From the human T2T-CHM13v2.0 reference genome, Homo sapiens, in assembly GCF_009914755.1 (NCBI RefSeq), contig NC_060925.1: a stretch of 64,000 nt of DNA; one strand, written 5' to 3'. Each line of letters starts with the position of its first letter. The first letter of the stretch is position 1. Under the pieces are notes generated by a model. The model did not search any database. It saw only the letters and a list, made by a program, of their open reading frames with translations, and was not told where the DNA came from. Shown piece by piece: positions 36,251 through 48,800 of this stretch. The position numbers and the translations under genes are program-made.

Positions 36251-39200
36251 CGGGTTTTTTTCATGTAAGGCTAGACAGAAGAATTCCCAGTAACTTCCCT
36301 GTGTTGTGTGCATTCAATTCACAGAGTTGAACGTTCCCTTAGACAGAGCAGATTTGAAACACTCTATTTGTGCAATTTGCAAGTGTAGATTTCAAGCGCT
36401 TTAAGGTCAATGGCAGAAAAGGAAATATCTTCGTTTCAAAACTAGACAGAATCATGCCCACAAACTGCGTTGTGATGTGTTCGTTCAACTCACAGAGTTT
36501 AACCTTTCTGTTCATAGAGCAGTTAGGAAACACTCTGTTTGTAAAGTCTGTAAGTGGATATTCTGACATCTTGTGGCCTTCGTTGGAAACGGGATTTCTT
36601 CATATTCTGATAGACAGAAGAATTGTCAGTAACTTCCTTGTGTTGTGTGTATTCAACTCACAGAGTTGAACGATCCTTTACACAGAGCAGACTTGAAACA
36701 CTCTTTTTGTGGAATTTGCAAGTGGAGATTTCAGCCGCTTTGAGGTCAATGGTAGAAAAGGAAATATCTTCGTATAAAGACTAGACAGAATGATTCTCAG
36801 AAACTCCTTTGTGATGTGTGCGTTCAACTCACAGAGTTTAACCTTTCTGTTCATAGAGCAGTTAGGAAACACTCTGTTTGTAAAGTCTGCAAGTGGATAT
36901 TCAGACCTCCTTGAGGCCTTCGGTGGAAACGGGATTTCTTCATATTCTGCTAGACAGAAGAATTTTCAGTAACTTCCTTGTGTTGTGTGTATTCAACTCA
37001 CAGAGTTGAACGATCCTTTACAGAGAGCAGAGTTGAAACACTCTTTTTGTGGAATTTGCAAGTGGAGATTTCAGCCGCTTTGAGGTCAATGGTAGAAAAG
37101 GAAATATCTTCGTATAAAGACTAGACAGAATGATTCTCAGAAACTCCTGTGTGATGTGTGCGTTCAACTCACAGAGTTTAAACTTTCTGTTCATAGAGCA
37201 GTTAGGAAACACTCTGTTTGTAAAGTCTGCAAGTGGATATTCAGGCCTCTTTGAGGCCTTCGTTGGAAATGGGATTTCTTCATATTCTACTAGACAGAAG
37301 AATTCTCAGTAACTTCCTTGTGTTGTGTGTCTTCAACTCACAGAGTTGAACGATCCTTTACAGAGAGCAGACTTGAAACACTCTTTTTGTGGAATTTGCA
37401 AGTGGAGATTTCAGCCGCTTTGAGGTCAATGGTAGAATAGGAAATATCTTCCTATAGAAACTAGACAGAATGATTCTCATAAACTCCTTTGTGATGTGTG
37501 TGTTCAACTCACAGAGTTTAACCTTTCTTTTCATAGAGCAGTTAGTAAACACTCTGTTTATAAAGTCTGCAAGTGGATATTCAGACCCCTTTGAGGCCTT
37601 CGTTGGAAACGGGATTTCTTCATATTATGCTAGACAGAAGAATTCTCAGTAACTTCCTTGTGTTGTGTGTATTCAACTGACAGAGTTGAACTTTCATTTA
37701 GAAAGAGCAGATTTGAAACACTGTTTTTGTGGAATTTGCAAGTGGAGATTTCAAGCGCTTTGGGGCCAAAGGCAGAAAAGGAAATATCTTCGTATAAAAA
37801 TTAGACAGAATCATTCTCAGAAACTGCTGCGTGATGTGTGCGTTCAACTCTCAGAGTTTACTTTTTCTTTTCATTCAGCGGTTTGGAAACACTCTATTTG
37901 TTAAAGTCTGCACGTGGATATTTTGACCACATAGAGGCCTTCGATGGAAACGGGTTTTTTTCATGTAAGGCTAGACAGAAGAATTCCCAGTAACTTCCTT
38001 GTGTTCTGTGCATTCAACTCACAGAGTTGAACGTTCCCTTAGACAGAGCAGATTTGAAACACTCTATTTGTGCAATTTGCAAGTGTAGATTTCAAGCGCT
38101 TTAAGGTCAAAGGCAGAAAAGGAAATATCTTCGTTTCAAAACTAGACAGAATCATTCCCACAAACTGCGTTGTGATGTGTTCGTTCAACTTTCAGAGTTT
38201 AACCTTTCTGTTCATAGAGCAGTTAGGAAACACTCTGTTTGTAAAGTCTGTAAGTGGATATTCTGACATCTTGTGGCCTTCGTTGGAAACGGGATATCTT
38301 CATATTCTGCTAGACAGAAGAATTCTCAGTAACTTCCTTGTGTTGTGTGTATTCAACTCACAGAGTTGAACGATCCTTTACACAGAGCAGACTTGAAACA
38401 CTCTTTTTGTGGAATTTGCAAGTGGAGATTTCAGCCGCTTTGAGGTCAATGGTAGAAAAGGAAATATCTTCGTATAAAGACTAGACAGAATGATTCTCAG
38501 AAACTCCTTTGTGATGTGTGCGTTCAACTCACAGAGTTTAACCTTTCTGTTCATAGAGCAGTTAGGAAACACTCTGTTTGTAAAGTCTGCAAGTGGATAT
38601 TCAGACCTCCTTGAGGCCTTCGGTGGAAACGGGATTTCTTCATATTCTGCTAGACAGAAGAATTTTCAGTAACTTCCTTGTGTTGTGTGTATTCAACTCA
38701 CAGAGTTGAACGATCCTTTACAGAGATCAGACTTGAAACACTCTTTTGGTGGAATTTGCAAGTGGAGATTTCAGCCGCTTTGAGGTCAATGGTGGAATAG
38801 GAAATATCTTCCTATAGAAACTAGACAGAATGATTCTCATAAACTCCTTTGTGATGTGTGCGTTCAACTCACAGAGTTTAACCTTTCTTTCCATAGAGCA
38901 GTTGGGAAACACTCTGTTTGTAATGTCTGCAAGTGGATATTCAGACTTCCTTGAGGCCTTCGTTGGAAACGGGATTTCTTCATATTCTGCTAGACAGAAG
39001 AATTCTCAGTAACTTCCTTGTGTTGTGTGTATTCAACTCACAGAGTTGAATGATCCTTTACACAGAGCAGACTTGAAACACTCTTTTTGTGGAATTTGCA
39101 AGTGGAGATTTCACCCGCTTTGAGGTCAACGGGAGAAAAGGAAACTATCTTCGTATAAAGACTAGACAGAATGATTCTCAGAAACTCCTTTGTGATGTGT

Positions 39201-42200
39201 GCGTTCAACCCACAGAGTTTAACTTTTCTTTTCATAGAGCAGTTAGGAAACACTCTGTTTGTAAAGTCTGCAAGTGGATAATCAGACCTCTTTGATTCCA
39301 TCTTTGGAAACGGGATTTCTACATATTCTGCTAGACAGAAGAATTCTCAGTAACTTCCTTGTGTTTTGTGTATTCAACTCACAGAGTTGAACGATCCTTT
39401 ACAGAGAGCAGACTTGAAACACTCTTTTTGTGGAATTTGCAAGTGGAGATTTCAGCCGCTTTGAGTTCAATGGTAGAAAAGGAAATATCTTCGTATAAAG
39501 ACTATACAGAATGATTCTCAGAAAATCCTTTGTTGATGTGTGTGTTCAACTCACAGAGTTTAACCTTTCTTTTCATAGAGCAGTTAGTAAACACTCTGTT
39601 TATAAAGTCTGCAAGTGGATATTCAGACCCCTTTGAGGCCTTCGTTGGAAACGGGATTTCTTCATATTATGCTAGACAGAAGAATTCTCAGTAACTTCCT
39701 TGTGTTGTGTGTATTCAACTGACAGAGTTGAACTTTCATTTAGAGAGAGCAGATTTGAAACACTGTTTTTGTGGAATTTGCAAGTGGAGATTTCAAGCGC
39801 TTTGGGGCAAAAGGCAGAAAAGGAAATATCTTCGTATAAAAACTAGACAGACTCATTCTCAGAAACTGCTGCGTGATGTGTGCGTTCACCTCTCAGAGTT
39901 TACCTTTTCTTTTCATTCAGCGGTTTGGAAACACTCTGTTTGTAAAGTCTGCACGTGGATATTTTGACCACTTAGAGGCATTCGTTGGAAACGGGTTTTC
40001 TTCATGTAAGGCTAGACAGAAGAATTCCCAGTAACTTCCTTGTGTAGTGTGCATTCAACTCACAGAGTTGAACGTTCCCTTAGACAGAGCAGATTTGAAA
40101 CACTCTATTTGTGCAATTTGCAAGTGTAGATTTCAAGCGCTTTAAGGTCAAAGGCAGAAAAGGAAATATCCTCGTTTCAAAACTAGACAGAATCATTCCC
40201 ACAAACTGCGTTGTGATGTGTTCGTTCAACTCACAGAGTTTAACCTTTCTGTTCATAGAGCAGTTAGGAAACACTCTGTTTGTAAAGTCTGTAAGTGGAT
40301 ATTCTGACATCTTGTGGCCTTCGTTGGAAACGGGATTTCTTCATATTCTGCTAGACAGAAGAATTCTCAGTAACTTCCTTGTGTTGTGTGTATTCAACTC
40401 ACAGAGTTGAACGATCCTTTACACAGAGCAGACTTGAAACACTCTTTTTGTGGAATTTGCAAGTGGAGATTTCAGCCGCTTTGAGGTCAATGGTAGAAAG
40501 GAAATATCTTCGTATAAAGACTAGACAGAATGATTCTCAGAAACTCCTTTGTGATGTGTGCGTTCAACTCACAGAGTTTAACTTTTCTTTTCATAGAGCA
40601 GTTAGGAAACACTCTGTTTGTAAAGTCTGCAAGTGGATATTCAGACCTCTTTGAGGCCTTCTTTGGAAACGGGATTTCTTCATATTCTGCTAGACAGAAG
40701 AATTCTCAGTAACTTCCTTGTGTTGTGTGTATTCAACTCACAGAGTTGAACGATCCTTTACAGAGAGCAGACTTGAAACACTCTTTTTGTGGAATTTGCA
40801 AGTGGAGATTTCAGCCGCTTTGAGGTCAATGGTAGAATAGGAAATATCTTCCTATAGAAACTAGACAGAATGATTCTCATAAACTCCTTTGTGATGTGTG
40901 CGTTCAACTCACAGAGTTTAACCTTTCTTTTCATAGAGCAGTTAGGAAACACTCTGTTTGTAAAGTCTGCAAGTGGATATTCTGACCTCTTTGAGGCCTT
41001 CGTTGGAAACGGGATTTCTTCATATTCTGCTAGACAGAAGAATTCTCAGTAACTTCCTTGTGTTGTGTGTATTCAACTCACAGAGTTGAACGATCCTTTA
41101 CACAGAGCAGACATGAAACACTCTTTTTGTGGAAATTGCATGTGGAGATTTCAGCCGCTTTCAGGTCAATAGTAGAAAAGGAAATATCTTCGTAGAAAAA
41201 CTAGACAGAATGATTCTCAGAAACTCCTTTGTGATGTGTGTGTTCAACTCACAGAGTTTAACCTTTCTTTTCATAGAGCAGTTAGTAAACACTCTGTTTA
41301 TAAAGTCTGCAAGTGGATATTCAGACCCCTTTGAGGCCTTCGTTGGAAACGGGATTTCTTCATATTATGCTCGACAGAAGAATTCTCACTAACTTCCTTG
41401 TGTTGTGTGTATTCAACTGACAGAGTTGAACTTTCATTTAGAGAGATCACATTTGAAACACTGTTTTTGTGGAATTTGCAAGTGGAGATTTCAAGCGCTT
41501 TGGGGCCAAAGGCAGAAAAGGAAATATCTTCGTATAAAAACTAGACAGAATCATTCTCAGAAACTGCTGCGTGATGTGTGCATTCAACTCTCAGAGTTTA
41601 ACTTTTCTTTTCATTCAGCGGTTTGGAAACACTCTGTTTGTAAAGTCCGCACGTGGATATTTTCACCACTTAGAGGCCTTCTTTTGAAACGGTTTTTTGC
41701 ATGTAAGGCTAGACAGAATAAATCCCAGTAACTTCCTTGTGTTGTGTGCATTCAACTCACAGAGTTGAACGTTCCCTTAGACAGAGCAGATTTGAAACAT
41801 TCTATTTGTGTAATTTGCAAGTGTAGATTTCAAGCGCTTTAAGGTCAATGGCAGAAAAGGAAATATCTTCGTTTCAAAACTAGACAGAATCATTCCCACA
41901 AACTGCGTTGTGATGTGTTCGTTCAACTCACAGAGTTTAACCTTTCTGTTCATAGAGCAGTTAGGAAACACTCTGTTTGTAAAGTCTGTAACTGGATATT
42001 CTGACATTTTGTGGCCTTCGTTGGAAACGGGATTTCTTCATATTCTGCTAGACAGAAGAATTCTCAGTAACTTCCTTGTGTAGTGTGTATTCAACTCACA
42101 GAGTTGAACGATCCTTTACACAGAGCAGACTTGAAACACTCTTTTTGTGGAATTTGCAAGTGGAGATTTCAGCCGCTTTGAGGTCAATGGTAGAAAAGGA

Positions 42201-45200
42201 AATATCTTCGTATAAAGACTAGACAGAATGATTCTCAGAAACTCCTTTGTGATGTGTGCGTTCAACTCACAGAGTTTAACTTTTCTTTTCATAGAGCAGT
42301 TAGGAAACACTCTGTTTGTAAAGTCTGCAAGTGGATATTCAGACCTCTTTGAGGCCTTCGTTGGAAACGGGATTTCTTCATATTATGGTAGACAGAATAA
42401 TTCTCAGTAACTTCCTTGTGTTGTGTGTATTCAACTCACAGAGTTGAACGATCCTTTACAGAGAGCAGACTTGAAACACTCTTTTTGTGGAATTTGCAAG
42501 TGGAGATTTCAGCCGCTTTGAGGTCAATGGTAGAATAGGAAATATCTTCCTATAGAAAATAGACAGAATGATTCTCATAAACTCCTTTGTGATGTGTGCG
42601 TTCAACTCACGGAGTTTAACCTTTCTTTTCATAGAGCAGTTAGGAAACACTCTGTTTGTAAAGTCTGCAAGTGGATATTCAGACCTCCTTGAGGCCATCG
42701 TTGGAAACGGCATTTCTTCATATTCTGCTAGACAGAAGAATTCTCAGTAACTTCCTTGTGTTGTGTGTATTCAACTCACAGAGTTGAAAGATCCTTTACA
42801 GAGAGCAGACTTCAAACACTCTTTTTGTGGAATTTGCAAGTGGAGATTTCAGGCGCTTTGAGGTCAATGGTAGAAAAGGAAACTATCTTCGTATAAAGAC
42901 TAGACAGAATGATTCCCAGAAAATCCTTTGTGATGTGTGCGTTCAACTCACAGAGTTTATCTTTTCTTTTCATAGAGCAGTTAGGAAACACTCTGTTTGT
43001 AAAGTCTGCAAGTGGATATTCAGACCTCTTTGAGGCCTTCGTTGGAAACGGGATTTCTTCATATTATGCTAGACAGAATAATTCTCAGTAACTTCCTTGT
43101 GTTGTGTGTATTCAACTCACAGAGTTGAACGATGCTTTACAGAGAGCAGACTTGAAACACTCTTTTTGTGCAATTTGCAAGTGGAGATTTCAACCGCTTT
43201 GAGGTCAATGGTAGAATAGGAAATATCTTCCTATAGAAACTAGACGGAATGATTCTCAGAAACTCCTTTGTGATGTGTGCGTTCAACTCACAGAGTTTAA
43301 CTTTTCTTTTCATAGAGCAGTTAAGAAACACTCTGTTTGTAATGTCTGCAAGTGGATATTCAGACATCCTTGAGGCCTTCGTTGGAAACGGGATTTCTTC
43401 ATATTCTGCTAGACAGAATAATTCTCAGTAACTTCCTTGTGTTGTGTGTATTCAACTGACAGAGTTGAACTTTCATTTAGAGAGAGCAGATTTGAAACAC
43501 TGTTTTTGTGGAATTTGCAAGTGGAGATTTCAAGCGCTTTGGGGCCAAAGGCAGAAAAGGAAATATCTTCGTATAAAAACTAGACAGAATCATTCTCAGA
43601 AACTGCTGCGTGATGTGTGCGTTCAACTCTCAGAGTTTAACTTTTTTTTTAATTCAGCGGTTTGGAAACACTCTGTTTGTAAAGTCTGCACGTGGATATT
43701 TTGACCACTTAGAGGCCTTCGTTGGAAACTGGTTTTTTGCATGTAAGGCTAGACAGAAGAATTCCCAGTAACTTCCTTGTGTTGTGTGCATTCAACTCAC
43801 AGAGTTGAACGTTCCCTTAGACAGAGCAGATTTGAAACACTCTATTTGTGCAATTTGCAAGTGTAGATTTCAAGCGCTTTAAGGTCAATGGCAGAAAAGG
43901 AAATATCTTCGTTTCAAAACTAGACAGAATTATTCCCACAAACTGCGTTGTGATGTGTTCGTTCAACTCACAGAGTTTAACCTTTCTGTTCATAGAGCAG
44001 TTAGGAAACACTCTGTTTGTAAAGTCTGTAAGTGGATATTCTGACATCGTGTGGCCTTCTTTGGAAACGGGATTTCTTCATATTCTGCTAGACAGAAGAA
44101 TTCTCAGTCACTTCCTTGTGTTGTGTGTATTCAACTCACAGAGTTGAAAGATCCTTTACACAGAGCAGACTTGAAACACTCTTTTTGTGGAATTTGCAAG
44201 TGGAGATTTCAGCCGCTTTGAGGTCAATGGTAGAAAAGGAAATATCTTCGTATAAAGACTAGACAGAATGATTCTCAGAAACTCCTTTGTGATGTGTGCG
44301 TTCAACTCACAGAGTTTAACTTTTCTTTTCATAGAGCAGTTAGGAAACACTCTGTTTGTAAAGTCTGCAAGTGTATATTCAGATCTCTTTGAGGCCTTCG
44401 TTGGAAACGGGATTTCTTCATATTATGCTAGACAGAATAATTCTCAGTAACTTCCTTGTGTTGTGTGTATTCAACTCAAAGAGTTGAACGATCCTTTACA
44501 GAGAGCAGACTTGAAACACTCTTTTTGTGGAATTTGCAAGTGGAGATTTCAGCCGCTTTGAGGTCAATGGTAGAATAGGAAATATCTTCCTATAGAAACT
44601 AGACAGAATGACTCTCAGAAACTCCTTTGTGATGTGTGCGTTCAACTCACAGAGTTTAACTTTTCTTTTCATAGACCAGTTAGGAAACACTCTGTTTGTA
44701 ATGTCTGCAAGTGGATATTCAGACCTCTTTGAGGCCTTCGTTGGAAACGGGATTTCTTCATATTCTGCTAGACAGAAGAATTCTCAGTAACTCCCTTGTG
44801 TTGTGTGTATTCAACTCACAGAGTTGAACGATCCTTTACACAGAGCAGACTTGAAACACTCTTTTTGTTTAATTTGCAAGTGGAGATTTCAGCCGCTTTG
44901 AGGTCAATAGTAGAAAAGGAAATATCTTCGTAGAAAAACTAGACAGAATGATTCTCAGAAACTCCTTTGTGATGTGTGTGTTCAACTCACAGAGTTTAAC
45001 CTTTCTTTTCATAGAGCAGTTAGTAAACACTCTGTTTATAAAGTCTGCAAGTGGATATTCAGACCCCTTTGAGGCCTTCGTTGGAAACGGGATTTCTTCA
45101 TATTATGCTAGACAGAAGAATTCTCAGTAACTTCCTTGTGTTGTGTGTATTCAACTGACAGAGTTGAACTTTCATTTAGAGAGAGCAGATTTGAAACACT

Positions 45201-45849
45201 GTTTTTGTGGAATTTGCAAGTGGAGATTTCAAGCGCTTTGGGGCCAAAGGCAGAAAAGGAAATATCTTCGTATAAAAACTAGACAGAATCATTCTCAGAA
45301 ACTGCTGCGTGATGTGTGCGTTCAACTCTCAGAGTTTAACTTTTCTTTTCATTCAGCGGTTTGGAAACACTCTGTTTGTAAAGTCTGCACGTGGATATTT
45401 TGACCACTTAGAGGCCTTCGTTGGAAACGGGTTTTTTGCATGTAAGGCTAGACAGAAGAATTCCCAGTAACTTCCTTGTGTTGTGTGCATTCAACTCACA
45501 GAGTTGAACGTTCCCTTAGACAGAGCAGATTTGAAACATTCTATTTGTGTAATTTGAAAGTGTAGATTTCAAGCGCTTTAAGGTCAATGGCAGAAAAGGA
45601 AATATCTTCGTTTCAAAACTAGACAGAATCATTCCCACAAACTGCGTTGTGATGTGTTCGTTCAACTCACAGAGTTTAACCTTTCTGTTCATAGAGCAGT
45701 TAGGAAACACTCTGTTTGTAAAGTCTGTAAGTGGATATTCTGACATCTTGTGGCCTTCGTTGGAAACGGGATTTCTTAATATTCTGCTAGACAGAAGAAT
45801 TCTCAGTAACTTCCTTGTGTTGTGTGTATTCAACTCACAGAGTTGAACG

Positions 45850-48800
45850 ATCCTTTACAGAGAGCAGACTTGAAACACTCTTTTTGTGGAATTTGCAAGT
45901 GGAGATTTCAGCCGCTTCGAGGTCAATGGTAGAATAGGTAATATCTTCCTATAGAAACTAGACAGAATAATTCTCAGAAACTCCTTTGTGATGTGTGCGT
46001 TCAACTCACAAAGTTTAACCTTTCTTTTCATAGAGCAGTTAGGAAACACTCTGTTTGTAAAGTCTGCAAGTGGATATTCAGACCTCTTTGAGGCCTTCGT
46101 TGGAAACGGGATTTCTTCATATTCTGCTAGACAGAAGAATTCTCAGTAACTTCCTTGTGTTGTGTGTATTCAACTCACAGAGTTGAACGATCCTTTACAC
46201 AGAGCAGACTTGAAACACTCTTTTTGTGGAATTTGCAAGTGGAGATTTCAGCCGCTTTGAGGTCAATGGTAGAATAGGAAATATCTTCCTATAGAAACTA
46301 GACAGAAAGATTCTCATAAACTCCTTTGTGATGTGTGTGTTCAACTCACAGAGTTTAACCTTTCTTTTCATAGAGCAGTTAGGAGACACTCTGTTTGTAA
46401 AGTCTGCAAGTGGATATTCAGACCTCTTTGAGGCCTTCGTTGGAAACGGGATTTCTTCATATTATGCTAGACAGAAGAATTCTCAGTAACTTCCTTGTGT
46501 TGTGTGTATTCAACTGACAGAGTTGAACTTTCATTTAGAGAGAGCAGATTTGAAACACTGTTTTTTTGGAATTTGCAAGTGGAGATTTCAAGCGCTTTGG
46601 GGCCAAAGTCAGAAAAGGAAATATCTTCGTATAAAAACTAGACAGAATCATTCTCAGAAACTGCTGCGTGATGTGTGCGTTCAACTCTCAGAGTTTAACT
46701 TTTCTTTTCATTCAGCGGTTTGGAAACACTCTGTTTGTAAAGTTTGCACGTGGATATTTTGACCACTTAGAGGCCTTCGTTGGAAACGGGTTTTTTTCAT
46801 GTAAGGCTAGACAGAAGAATTCCCAGTAACTTCCATGTGTTGTGTGCATTCAACTCACAGAGTTGAACGTTCCCTTAGACAGAGCAGATTTGAAACACTC
46901 TATTTGTGCAATTGGCAAGTGTAGATTTCAAGCGCTTTAAGGTCAATGGCAGAAAAGGAAATATCTTCGTTTCAAAACTAGACAGAATCATTCCCACAAA
47001 CTGCGTTGTGATGTGTTCGTTCAACTCACAGAGTTGAACCTTTCTGTTCATAGAGCAGTTAGGAAACATTCTGTTTGTAAAGTCTGTAAGTGGATATTCT
47101 CACATCTTGTGGCCTTCGTTGGAAACGGGATTTCTTCATATTCTGCTAGACAGAAGAATTCTCAGTCACTTCCTTGTGTTGTGTGTATTCAACTCACAGA
47201 GTTGAACGATCCTTTACACAGAGCAGACTTGAAACACTCTTTTTGTGGAATTTGCAAGTGGAGATTTCAGCCGCTTTGAGGTCAATGGTAGAAAAGGAAA
47301 TATCTTCGTATAAAGACTAGACAGAATGATTCTCAGAAACTCCTTTGTGATGTGTGCGTTCAACTCACAGAGTTTAACTTTTCTTTTCATAGAGCAGTTA
47401 GGAAATGCTCTGTTTGTAAAGTCTGCAAGTGGATATTCAGACCTCTTTGAGGCCTTCGTTGGAAACGGGATTTCTTCATATTCTGCTAGACAGAAGAATT
47501 CTCAGTAACTTCCTTGTGTTGTGTGTATTCAACTCACAGAGTTGAACGATCCTTTACAGAGAGCAGACTTGAAACACTGTTTTTGTGGAATTTGCAAGTG
47601 GAGATTTCAGCCGCTTTGAGGTCAATGGTAGAATAGGAAATATCTTCTTATAGAAACTAGACAGAATGATTCTCATAAACTCCTTTGTGATGTGTGCGTT
47701 CAACTCACAGAGTTTAACCTTTCTTTTCATGGAGCAGTTAGGAAAGACTCTGTTTGTAAAGTTTGCAAGTGGATATTCAGACCTCCTTGAGGCCTTCATT
47801 GGAAACGGGATTTCTTCATATTGGGCTAGACAGAAGAATTCTCAGTAACTTCCTTGTGTTGTGTGTATTCAACTCACAGAGTTGAACGATCCTTTACACA
47901 GAGCAGACTTGAAACACTCTTTTTGTGGAATTTGCAAGTGGAGATTTCAGCCGCTTTGAGGTCAATGGTAGAAAAGGAAATATCTTCGTATAAAGACTAG
48001 ACAGAATGATTCTCAGAAACTCCTTTGTGATGTGTGCGTTCAACTCACAGAGTTTAACCTTTCTTTGCATAGAGCAGTTAGGAAACACTCTGTAAAGTCT
48101 GAAAGTGGATATTCAGACCTCTTTGAGGCCTTCGTTGGAAACGGGCTTTCTTCATATTCTCCTAGACAGAAGAATTCTCAGTAACTTCCTTGTGTTGTGT
48201 GTATTCAACTGACAGAGTTGAACGATCCTTTACAGAGAGCAGACTTGAAACACTCTTTCTGTGGAATTTGCAAGTGGAGATTTCAGCCGCTTTGAGGTCA
48301 ATAGTAGAAAAGGAAATATCTTCGTAGAAAAACTAGACAGAATGATTCTCAGAAACTCCTTTGTGATGTGTGTGTTCAACTCACAGAGTTTAACCTTTCT
48401 TTTCATAGAGCAGTTAGTAAACACTCTGTTTATAAAGTCTGCAAGTGGATATTCAGACCCCTTTGAGGCCTTCGTTGGAAACGGGATTTCTTCATATTAT
48501 GCTAGACAGAAGAATTCTCAGTAACTTCCTTGTGTTGTGTGTATTCAACTGACAGAGTTGAACTTTCATTTAGAGAGAGCAGATTTGAAACACTGTTTTT
48601 GTGGAATTTCCAAGGGAGATTTCAAGCGCTTTGTGGCCAAAGGCAGAAAAGGAAATATCTTCGTATAAAAACTAGACAGAATCATTCTCAGAAACTGCTG
48701 CGTGATGTGTGCGTTCAACTCTCGGAGTTTAACTTTTCTTTTCATTCAGCGGTTTGGAAACACTCTGTTTGTAAGTCTGCACGTGGATATTTTGACCACT

